This document shows, piece after piece, positions 1-9,629 of a stretch of DNA of 64,000 nt (position 1 is the stretch's first letter; every line of letters starts with the position of its first letter). A model generated the notes under the pieces. That model was not told the DNA's origin, did not search any database, and worked only from the letters and a program-made list of their open reading frames with translations. Origin of the DNA: Epithemia pelagica (Eukaryota; Protista; Bacillariophyta); the NCBI GenBank assembly GCA_946965045.2, contig OX337239.1, positions 186,001 to 250,000 of the forward strand, read 5' to 3'. Position numbers and translations under genes: made by a program.

Positions 1-273
1 TCTTGCGTGCCCGTCATGTCCGGCATGCAACAAAAAGTAGGATTGCAAAGTCCGCAATCGGGCCAATTCGCCTTCAACCGTTTGGTCTTGGGCTTCAGGA
101 TCGGGGACAGGCAAAATGGGCAAAATCCAATCGTTGGTGGCAATGCCTTGCGGCGTAACCGTTTGCAAGGCCTCGCGCAATTCGGAATCGTCCACAAAAT
201 CCACCACGGAACGACCGGCCGTAGACACGGGCGTACGAGCCTTTTTGCGAGCCGGAGACGAATAGCAAGACAT
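1..273 (-). CDS. 5' part of a probable GAF-domain sensor protein (runs off the window start)
   Basis: ATG at 273 opens a stop-free frame to base 1: MSCYSSPARKKARTP...EGELARLRTLQSYFLLHAGHDGHAR. ELARLxxLxSYxxL resembles the E-RL-xL-xY-xIL helix that precedes GAF domains. Absent from the ORF track because it has no stop in the window. Confidence 0.4.
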   Translation of the reverse strand, partial: MSCYSSPARKKARTPVSTAGRSVVDFVDDSELREALQTVTPQGIATNDWILPILPVPDPEAQDQTVEGELARLRTLQSYFLLHAGHDGHAR

Positions 274-455
274 GGTAGTAGTGTGTTGTGGTTGTTGCGT
301 TTGGTTAACAAAGGTCGTTGTTGCAAGTTGCAATTCGCAAGACTTGTGAGCTCAACTACACAACGTCTCTACTTCTACGAGTAGGGTTGTGTTCGTCTCC
401 CTCCACACCTGATCTGTGGGACAAGCACACGGCCCCAACAACAACGCAACTCTCT

Positions 456-1029
456 CTAAGTCGTCGTCGTCGTCGTCATCGTCGTGTTGGAGGAGGATGG
501 TGGTGTATGGTCGGCGGGGAATTGTCCACAGTCGGAAATCACGACATTGACAACAGGTTTGTCCGAATCGCCCGTTTTGGTCGTTTCAATCACCTGAACA
601 CTTTCCATGCCTTCGACGACATTCCCAAAAACGACATGATGTTTGTCATCCAAATGCGGCGTGGCGGTGGTGGTGACAAAATTCGTGCCTGGACCGGAAT
701 TGGCCATCGGCTTATGAGTCATTTGGAAATTTTCATCCGACGCCACATGCACATGAAACCAACGGATCTTTTCGAATAGTGTACTCGTTCACAAGAAAGA
801 CCAAATAATGCTTTCAATCTTCGTACAAGAGTGAAAGGAGAAGTTCTCCGTGGTGGTCGTGGTAGTTGCAAGGATTCCTGGGGGCGTGGTTTGGTGCAGC
901 CGCACGAGCAGCAGCCACCGTCGTGGATGGTAAGAGCGGTGGCAACAAGGGATGTTCGTGACCAATCATGAAGGGAGGAGGATCTTGGTCGTCGTGATCG
1001 CCTTGGAAGCCGTCGTCGTAGTCACTCAT
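456..1029 (-). pseudogene. Cyclophilin (PPIase) remnant with internal deletions
   Basis: [52 protein letters not shown]...[13 protein letters not shown] matches the cyclophilin C-terminal half but lacks the PGxLS and GSQF segments. The upstream ATG 1029 frame shows only eroded N-terminal motifs. Confidence 0.75.
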
Positions 1030-1040
1030 CTTGGTTTCTT

Positions 1041-1829
1041 CTACTCCTTCTGAGCCGTTGTTGAGACAACTTGAAGGATGTTTGATGGAGTCCTGACGGT
1101 GGAACTGGAGGAGGCGACCCAAACCGCAAATTTTCCCCTTTTAGTATACAAAACAGGGCCCCTCTTCAACCAAAGATTCTTGCTCGAAACGGTTATGGTT
1201 CGCTGGTCTCGAGCTTGTGGAGATTGGCACCAGACGACTGGGTAGATGCTGCAGCATCCTCGGTTGTTGTCGACGAGTCTCCCAGAGTCTCGGTTCGGCC
1301 AGGAGGATGAAACTGTATCATGATCCATGGCCATCGTCGTCGTTGCCTGCCAGGCTCGTGTCAAGTGCACCGAGACTCGATTGCTTTGGACACGGTACAA
1401 ATGGCCATCTGTCCAGACAATGCGGTGCGCATACGGCCCCAAGGACAAGGCAGCCAATCCAGCCATGCCCGCACCCAATTTCAAGACGGTTCCCAAGACC
1501 ATGGGTGTCGTCGTCGTTGCATCGGGTTCTGGTGTTTGTGACGGCGACAAGAGGGGCAAGAATTCCCTAGTTTGGTGCTTGTCTGGATCGGTAGGAACAG
1601 TGCTCTTACTTGTTTTCCGCAAGACCAATTGCTCTTGTAGTTCCTCATTCAAGGCCCACGTCAAGGGTTTCTCGGCATCCCAAACAACCACATTGCCCGT
1701 GTTATCAATCTGATTCTTGTTGTGATTGGGAGCCAATTCGTGGAGGGAAAAGTGGTGCCGCGACATGCCCCGCACCAACACGTACCGACAGCACTCATTC
1801 GTGGTGTCCTGTGGTGGTTGCGGCGGCAT
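1041..1829 (-). pseudogene. CAMKMT: Calmodulin-lysine N-methyltransferase-like (family 16 MTase), degenerate C-terminal half
   Basis: IDNTGNVVVWDAE, VLKLGAGMAGLAALSL (motif I with E>K) and VWTDGH motifs are present. The later xSDC motif is not found and similarity is lost after LTRAWQ. Confidence 0.6.
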
Positions 1830-2359
1830 GTTGTTGTTGTTGTTGTTGTTGTTGTTATTGTTTGGGATACTGCAGGAAATGGGATAGCACTGGCTTTGAT
1901 AACGATCACGTTGATGGAACGGACGATTAGGAACAGGGCTGGTCAGTTCAATAAAAAGGTGAGCCACTGCAGCAGCATCCTTTTTGGTGTGCGTTCCCCT
2001 ACGGATTGCCTGCTTCTTGTTGTGGTCGTTGTCGTTGTCCTCTCTGTGACAGTGTGGTCGGTATCAGTGTCCTGTGCCACTGCATCTTTGGAATCCATTG
2101 CGGTCCACCACGACATGTGACAAGTTCCCGTGGACGACGAGAATAATTAGGAGGCGTCATGACCCATCAGTACTGGCCATAATTGTGTTTCCAACGTCGA
2201 TCCATGTTGCTGTAAAAAGTCGATACAGTCCTTTGCCGAACTAGTAGTGGATCCATGTGCTAACAAAAGGTAAAGAAGATGGGACACTCTTGGCTTTTGG
2301 AGGGCTCTAAAGTCTGTGGTATGGTATTGATGTCGGGTGTAAGGAGGATCCTTGTTCGT

Positions 2360-2720
2360 CTATACTGCGGTTGCGATGGGCGGTGCGTCATTTTCGTCAA
2401 TCGGGGATTCCTCCTTTTGCAAATCCAAACCAGTAGAGTCTGTTGCTATCGATAGGGGTGTTGTTTCATCCTCTGTTGGTTGCGATTCATCCTGTTGTGT
2501 ATGCAAGTTGGAAGATTCTATTGCAGTCAGTGGAGGTGTTGAATGATCCTCTATCCGTTTTGATTCCTCCTGCTGCACATCCAAGTCGGTAGATTCTATT
2601 GCTGTCAATGGTGGTGTTATACCGTCAACAGTGGGGGGAGGTTGCGCGTTCTCGGTATCCAAGTGAGAAGATTCCATTGTCGTGGACGGGAGAGGAGTTG
2701 CGTCGTCCTCCGCTCGTTGT
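2360..2720 (-). repeat. Degenerate 78 nt (26 aa) coding-type tandem repeat in an acidic ORF remnant
   Basis: TPPLTAIES recurs at 78 nt spacing (2516/2594). About 4 diverged units (TPPLTAIESxxLxxQQxES). The frame is bounded by stops at 2885 and 2360. Confidence 0.55.
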
Positions 2721-2919
2721 GATTCTTGCTCTGTAACGTCCAGGGATTCTGAAGGCGTTGATTCACCCTTCGTTGTTAGATTGGATGCTTGTATTGGTGC
2801 ATCTAAGTCGATCGATTCCTTGGTCGTCGAAGGAGGTAAATTTTCCTCCTGTGCCTTACGTTGTCCATCCGAGTCGGTTGGTTGTCATCCCACAGGAACG
2901 GAAGATGGAGCGACAAGCG

Positions 2920-3410
2920 CGTGGGTGGTTTCAAACTTTCCCAGACCCCCTCGTTGTCTTCTTCCACCTCCTTTTTTGCCGTTCGTGCAAGATACTCTTT
3001 TGGTACCATTCAGAAAATTCTTCAAAGGTAATTTCCTCGCGACTTCCTTCCTTGTACCTTGCCGACAAGGCATCATTGGTCACATCTTGATCGGTAATGG
3101 TGGGATCCAATTCGACAAAGAGTGCTCGAATTTCATGCTTGTCCAAGGTACCACTCTGGTTCGTGTCCAAGGTATCAAAGACGAAATACACTTGCGCTCG
3201 AATCAATTCTTGCGAATTGGTATACCAGGTATGGAATTCGGCTCGACTGATTTTGCCGTCGCCATCTTGATCCAATTGGTTGCAGACATCGTCCAATTCT
3301 TGTTCCGTCATGGTATTGTGAACATCCAAGGCGGTAAAGAGTCGTCTCAATTCTTCCATATCAATATGACCATCGCCATTTTTATCAATCCGATCAAAGA
3401 CGTATACGAA
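2920..3410 (-). pseudogene. EF-hand cytosolic loop fragment of a K+-dependent Na+/Ca2+ exchanger (NCKX)
   Basis: EF-hands DKNGDGHID, DQDGDGKIS, DTNQSGTLD, then GSREEITFEEFSEWY..ERQK and, after a 1-nt deletion in the A-run at 2972-2977, KEVEEDNEGVWESLKPPT. Neither transmembrane bundle is present. Confidence 0.65.
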
Positions 3411-4134
3411 CCTGCCTCTTGTGTTTCTATTCTTTGCCGTGTCACAGAGTCGGAGTCCTTTGGCGGCACTGGAGCAGTAGTCGATGTAGTAGTTTTGCTG
3501 CTTGTACTGGTTAGTCTGGTATAGTTCCTGTTCTTCTTTCAATCGACAAGGACGGGAGGTGTTGATAGGTGTAGGTTCCCAGCAAGAGTGCGACCAACAA
3601 GACAGATTGACAAAGTACCTTGAAATGATAGGGTCGACGACGGAAACGGTCGTGTTGGTGTTCCTCAAAGGACCAAATGGCCGACGACGACGAATGCCTT
3701 GATGATGAGGATGAAGAAAAGAGCTCATGGTGTGATTTGAACAAGGACCGAATGGAACCGGTCGCAACAGAGGTGTGTCAGAGAAGAATCGCACAAGAGA
3801 TGGTTCGTTTCTCGCGCCAAAACAGAGAGAGGGAGAGAGAGTGAGAGTTGTGTATGCCAACAAGACAACACAAACGCAACCGCAACCGCAAGAGGAAGTG
3901 TGTCCTTTTTTCGTTCGTGTTCGTGGGTATTAAAGCGGATGATCCCGATTCGATTCGACTCGTAACTGGAGGTTGGTTGTTACTCCAAACAACAACAGCA
4001 TCAACAAGAAGAAGAGACTCTCTCCAAACCGTCCAATCACGACAACCACAATGGACAATGTTCGTCTTCTATTCGTCGCGCTCTCTCTCACTCGATACTT
4101 CTTGGGGGTCACTTCGTTTCTTGGTTGCTATTTG

Positions 4135-4243
4135 TCGCGCCTTTTGCAAAGCTTCAGAAAGTTGCGACACATGACAGAGGACCCTTCCAGATCCAAATCA
4201 ATGACCAAATCACCCACCGATGTTTCCAACAGAGGACCGCCAT
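4135..4243 (-). pseudogene. PPIL4: N-terminal fragment of a PPIL4/CYP59-type cyclophilin
   Basis: ATG 4243 MAVL, then after a 2-nt shift LLETSVGDLVIDLDLEGSSVMCRNFLKLCK, matching the MSVLLETSxGDxVIDL...NFLKLCK start of PPIL4. Stops immediately afterwards. Confidence 0.7.
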
Positions 4244-4443
4244 GGTTCTTTTTTGTTGAAAAAAGATCTTTGTGGTCGCGCATGGATAATGGATCCGCGA
4301 CCTCCATATCCGGGTTACTTAGAGCTATTGGCTATGCTACGGATATGGACATTATAATATGTGTATGATTATTCGGAGTATATAGCTTGCGGCTCATCCT
4401 CTAGAGATTTTGACGTGAACTACACATCGTTTCAAAGAGATCC

Positions 4444-5775
4444 ATGCACCGTACCCAAAACAGAGCGCAACCTCAAAATCCAAGAGACTGCTGCACAACG
4501 CCCATGGTGAAGAGGATGGGTGTGGAAGGCAACGAAAAATGGGTCTCACAGGTACCCGTGAGCGACTTTCCTCGCGAAGTTTCTTCCGATGGCCTAATCA
4601 TTGAGCCGGGCACTGCCAAAGAATACAATTATGTGTTTTCAAACAAACGAGCCGATTCCGACTTGAAAGAAGACCCCTTCTCCCCCCGGTTCCGAACATC
4701 TGCTGTGGAAGATGGGAGTAGCAGTTTCTGCAATGCCTGCAAGAAACCTGGAGTGCTTCAATGCTGCGACCATTGTCCCCGTACTTATCATCCAACCTGC
4801 CTCTCACCGTCCCAATCGGCACTCACCACAAAAAAATGGATGTGTCCCCAATGTTTTCAAGAACAAATTGGGTTTCCAAGTGATTTGGTCGATGGAGAAT
4901 CCGCCTTGAATCTCATGAATCGTCATTTTCAACCCAAGGCTTCCGACAAAGAGACTATTCGACTGTTGGCCATGGTGTATGAAATGATTCAAACATTGAT
5001 ATCATACGACTTTGGAATCGAATTTGCCAATCCAGTCACTGGAGTGGAGGGATATACCGATATCGTCAAGAAACCAATGGACCTGGGAACCGTGTTGAAG
5101 CAACTTGGGAATGGGTATTATCGGTCTGACGACCGTTTGGAAAATATACTCATTTGCGCCTTGAACGATGTTGAATTGGTTTGGCAAAACTGTTTTCTGT
5201 TCAACCACGAAAAGAGTGCCATTTTTCGAATGGCGCGAGTCCAGCAGCGACGCGCCGATGCGATTCGGATCAAGAGTTTTGACCACTTGTTGTCTAAGCG
5301 CGTCAAGGATGAGACTACAAGTTTTCGGCAATCGTGGGAACGGATCAACCAGAACGAGAGACAAACGTCGGAACCATCGCCACGGTCTTGGTGTCGGACG
5401 AGAACGATCTTGTCGTCGCCGAACAACCTGGATCCCGTTCGACGAATCGGAGTCTTGAATCCAGAGACACGTCGTTTGGTACAGGTCTTTTCCTCGCGGA
5501 GTAGGGTTCGTGCGGCCTGGAAATTGTTTCTCCGATTGAACTACGAATGTGAGCACACAAAGGTCCTGAAACGATCCGGTGATTTGATTGAGCATTCCAA
5601 TGACAATCCAAACATTACAGTTTTTGGTTGGAGATGGGTCAGTATGGATATGCTACTAAAAGGAAGAGTGGTTTTCCCATCCAACACTGAGGACACACGA
5701 TCACCGTCACGCGTCATGGTCGTACATGACAGCACCCTTTCGTCCCTGGAAGGCGTGCCTGTGGAAGAAGTGTAG
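4444..5775 (+). CDS. PHD finger plus bromodomain chromatin reader
   Basis: C4HC3 PHD (CNAC..CCDHCPRTYHPTCL..WMCPQC) and bromodomain (FANPV..YTDIVKKPMDLGTV..VWQNCFLFN). True 5' and 3' ends are uncertain. Confidence 0.85.
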   Translation: MHRTQNRAQPQNPRDCCTTPMVKRMGVEGNEKWVSQVPVSDFPREVSSDGLIIEPGTAKEYNYVFSNKRADSDLKEDPFSPRFRTSAVEDGSSSFCNACKKPGVLQCCDHCPRTYHPTCLSPSQSALTTKKWMCPQCFQEQIGFPSDLVDGESALNLMNRHFQPKASDKETIRLLAMVYEMIQTLISYDFGIEFANPVTGVEGYTDIVKKPMDLGTVLKQLGNGYYRSDDRLENILICALNDVELVWQNCFLFNHEKSAIFRMARVQQRRADAIRIKSFDHLLSKRVKDETTSFRQSWERINQNERQTSEPSPRSWCRTRTILSSPNNLDPVRRIGVLNPETRRLVQVFSSRSRVRAAWKLFLRLNYECEHTKVLKRSGDLIEHSNDNPNITVFGWRWVSMDMLLKGRVVFPSNTEDTRSPSRVMVVHDSTLSSLEGVPVEEV

Positions 5776-5999
5776 GCAGAAATACGTGAGTCTGTGTCGC
5801 GAATAGTCAAGATTTGCATTAGTAACATCCTGATGGATATATTTCGTACGTTCCTCTTACCATGAATGAATAAATGGCTTACAATAGGTACTATAAGCGA
5901 CGTTGTCGTCGTTGTCATCATCTGTTGTCTTGAAAGAAATTCAACCACCCTTTCGTTTCGATACACAGGGTCACCTCCTCCTCGTGGCGGTGGTGAAAG

Positions 6000-6960
6000 T
6001 CGACACGAAAAGGCAAAGGGTGGAAAAGGTCGCGGTTCCATGGGCGGACCTTGCGATTCTTGAAGCAGGGCATACAATTCATGATTCAACGGTTGAAAGG
6101 CTTCCAACCAGGAGTATTGGAGATCACACGAGGGGGGATCATGGGTCGCCTGACGCACATGCTTGACATTTTCGTGACGAACCACGTCATTGGCATTGCT
6201 GTCGTTGGTGGTGGATGCATTCGTAACCTGGTTCGGGTGGTGTTTGTGGTTGTCTGGAGAGCCATTTGATTTTGGGGGGTGGTTCCAACTCGTGTCCGGT
6301 TTCGTCATGGTCTTCTTCTCCGTAGCAGTCTGTCATAGTAGTAGCCGGCGGCGGCGACGGCAAGTGTAAAAAGGCTTTGATCTTCTGGACAAATTGTTGC
6401 CGATTTTCGTTCAAGACTTGATAGGACACGACCAAAATCTGCGTGCGTCGATCCAACAGGGCAAACCATTGTCGCAACCAATGCGCAAAAAAGCTATCCA
6501 AGCTACGGGACGACCACCGGCCAGTTTGGGGGGGTGGTTGGAGGTTTGCTGGAGTTGTTGTTGTTCAAGTCAATGATGATGCATGGTTTTCTTGTTCTTG
6601 TTGCTGCCGCATGACGGCGAGGGCTGGCCGCAAAGTTGCTTCGGCATATAATCAGCAAAGGACAACAAGAGTGTCCAATTGTGGTGGTTGGTGTTGTTTT
6701 TGTTTGTGTGGATGGTGTTGTTTGTAAGATTGGGCACGACAATGTGTGGAGCAAATTTGACATGAGGATTTTGTTGTGTCAGCACATAATCCATTGGATG
6801 GTAGAGGGACAATTCTCTGGAACGTCGTTCGCGCAAAACCAAATGACGACTTTTGGGGGACTTGGCGAGTCCGAGGGATTGGTAGGCCTGATGAATTTCC
6901 TGCGGAACCACAAAGGACCCCGGAGTGGCATCGACTCGAAGGGAGTTGCTGGGACCTTCT
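6000..6960 (-). pseudogene. Sulfotransferase-family remnant with multiple frameshifts
   Basis: Three frames carry VDATPG..VPQEIHQAY..LVLRERRSRELSLYH, FAHWLRQWFALLDRRTQILVVSYQ..IKAFLHL and FQPLNHELYALL..GPPMEPRPFPPF. No PAPS-binding (KxGTT) loop found. A signal-anchor-like start near 7550 may belong to it. Confidence 0.6.
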
Positions 6961-7023
6961 CCTCCTCCTTATCATCATCAAGATCGTTTTCCTCCTTTTG
7001 GGGAGTATGTGAATTGGTTGCTG

Positions 7024-7165
7024 GCAAAGTTTTATTGCTGTGTGGTTGTGTTGTTGCTGGTTGTGCTTGTCACTCGGAATAATGTTCGAGCTGCTGAAGC
7101 GGTCGAATTCGGACAATGGATCGATGTGTGACAATATTGAGCCGTGTTCAAATCCAATGTGGCAT
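7024..7165. repeat. Dispersed repeat, inverted copy of 21761-21910
   Basis: GAATTCGGACAATGGATCG and flanking sequence match the reverse complement of 21761-21910. Both copies translate as RSIVRIxPLQQxEHxSE..TTQPHSNKT. Confidence 0.75.
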
Positions 7166-8033
7166 CAGACGGAACCATTGCGACGGTTTGACCGGCTCCT
7201 TCCCAGACGGAAGCTAATCGTTCGGCATCGTGCAAACACGAGAGTTCGACTGGTTGGGCCGATTCGGTAATGCCTTTACCCAAACCCAACGTGCCTTCTT
7301 CACGGAAACCAAAGGAAAAGGCTCGTGCCAAGGAGGTGGTGACAAAGGTACACCGTCGTCCCAAAGGGAAAGGAAATGGGACATTCTCCCGAATGACTTT
7401 GCAACAAGGGTGACGGAACGGACACAATTCGAACTGCGAATGTAACGCTACTTAGCGGAACACCACCCTCGGGAGGATTGTCGGACAGATGATGATGATG
7501 ATGCCACGATGAGCAGAACCAACAGAATGGGCCGATTTTGCATGGTCATTGTGTGAATGGTATAGACAACACGCAGCAGAAAAATGAGACGGACGAGTGA
7601 GTGCGACCGAGAGAGTGCGAAAATTGTGCGCGCCACAAAATTTCACGCAGACGTTGGCGCGCAAGGCTCGACATGGAAATGCGCGAGCACGAAGTCTTCC
7701 ACAGGTGGCCGGACGGAGTCCGATTGCAGGGATCCGCGTTCCGCGTGTGCATGGATTTCAGCGCGAGTCCCCAAAACGCCTGTGGTCTCTGTGTTTGTGT
7801 TCTCCATCACAATCACAAAAAAAGCAAGCTCATCTCTGTTGGGAAGACCATTCGACGGCAAGATCAATCATAGTTCGTTTGTTGTTCTCGTAGATCAGAG
7901 TCTTCTACACTGTCAGGAACCAGGAAATAGATAAAATGATCTTAAAAAAAAGTAAGTGTGTGCTCGAGACGTGAGCGTTAGGAGAATGATCATCTCGTTG
8001 TTTCCCTTCTCACTGTACTTGGCCTCTGCACAG

Positions 8034-9366
8034 ACCGTCAATGGACGGGAAAGAAATGCATAACAGTGGAAGATGCCCGAAGGCATCGTCAAGAAATGGC
8101 TCTCTTTATTCGTACGAAAAAGAAAGAAGAACATATGTGGGCCTTTCGACATCGTAAAGGCATCACGGCTTCTGTGCCATTGGGCGTTTCGAACGCTGGT
8201 TCCAAAGCAAAATTTTGTGACCTATACAGGCTTGGAAAACAGGTACGTTATATTGTAGAAGACAGCCTTCTTGGATGTACCCCCGCTTGAAGATCCTGAC
8301 TCACAGCGTTCATTCTCTTCGCTCTTTCTTTCAATCCTCGAATCAACATGTAACCATCCCTTAGCTTGGAGAAGGAGCCTTTGGTGTGGTCAAGGAAGGG
8401 TCGAGTAACACCACTGGTGCATCATACGCCATAAAAACTTACAAAAGGACTAAAATGGATGATGCTGATGAGGCCGCTCTCAAAGATGAAGTATCTGTCT
8501 TGCAAGAAATGAAACATCCAAATATCATTCGACTCTACGATGTATTCAATGACAAGGATCATTATTACCTTGTGACAGAAAAGATGAGTGGAGGAGAGTT
8601 GTTTGATCGCATTCTTCAAAAGTCCTATTACAATGAAGACGAAGCGAGAGACACTTGTGTAAATCTTTTCCGGGCGATGTCGTATTGCCACAGCAAAATG
8701 GTTGCTCATCGTGATCTGAAGCCAGAGAACATTCTCTTGGTGGTGGGTGAACCTTTTGAAAGTCGTTGTGTCTAACATGGCATTAACATTCTTGATCTCT
8801 CACTTTTGAACTCTGTTCGTTATGCAGTCCACTGACAGTGACTCAGACATTAAGATTGCTGGTTTCGGCTTTGCCAAACGGTGTTTGAAACCGGAGTCCT
8901 TGACATCAATGTGTGGGACACCTGGGTGTTTTGCGCCTGAAATGTTGGAAGGTACTCCGTACGATGCCCAGGTGGACCTTTGGTCTCTGGACGATGTTAT
9001 GTACAATTTGCTTTGTGGGTATCAACCGTTTCAACCATTCACTGAAGAGAGTGAGCGCGATTTGCGCCGCAAAATCCGAAAGGGCGACTATGAATTCCAT
9101 CAAGGTGCGTGTGGCTCTTCATCTCCCTCTGGGCTATCGCTAACATCGTTAAATTCTTGTACCTTTCACCAGAATGGTGGGGTGGGATATCAAGAGATGC
9201 GAAGCATTTGATTTCGGCTCTTCTCACTGTTAGTCCGTCCAATCGACTAACAGCTGATCAAGCACTAAATCACCCATGGGTCATACAGAGCGATGACTTA
9301 CTCATGCCATTTTCAGACGAAGAACCCGTCTTGGTGGAAGAGCTGGATTATGTCCGAGAGGCCTGA
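8034..9366 (+). CDS. CaMK-group Ser/Thr kinase (CaMKI/MLCK-like) with DFG>GFG and an IBB-like N-terminal segment; 5' end incomplete
   Basis: Spliced model 8034-8242, 8365-8742, 8828-9104, 9173-9366 (GT-AG introns, frame preserved). Motifs LGEGAFGVV, YAIK, HRDLKPEN, KIAGFG, GTPGCFAPE. Confidence 0.8.
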
Positions 9367-9629
9367 CGAATACCATTTCCCTCCCTATTTACCATGACAT
9401 CATAGGTTTCTCGTAGTATAAGTCATGTGCGTGAATAAAGTGCTGATGACTGGGCTATTCCCTTTTCTCTACGATAATATTGCAGCTAGGAGTGAGCTCG
9501 GTTTGGTTCGCAACACAGCGAAATCCAGATATGTTCACTTGGGTTGTTCCATGAGAGTAGGTCCCATTGGTTGACTTGAAACTGTCCATATTCTCCTTGT
9601 TTGCTGTTTGGAATAAGCACGAGAACCCT

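Noticed and set aside
2885-2887. Selenocysteine TGA in the acidic ORF
   Set aside because: No redox motif or SECIS seen, and the surrounding frame is a degenerate chimera.
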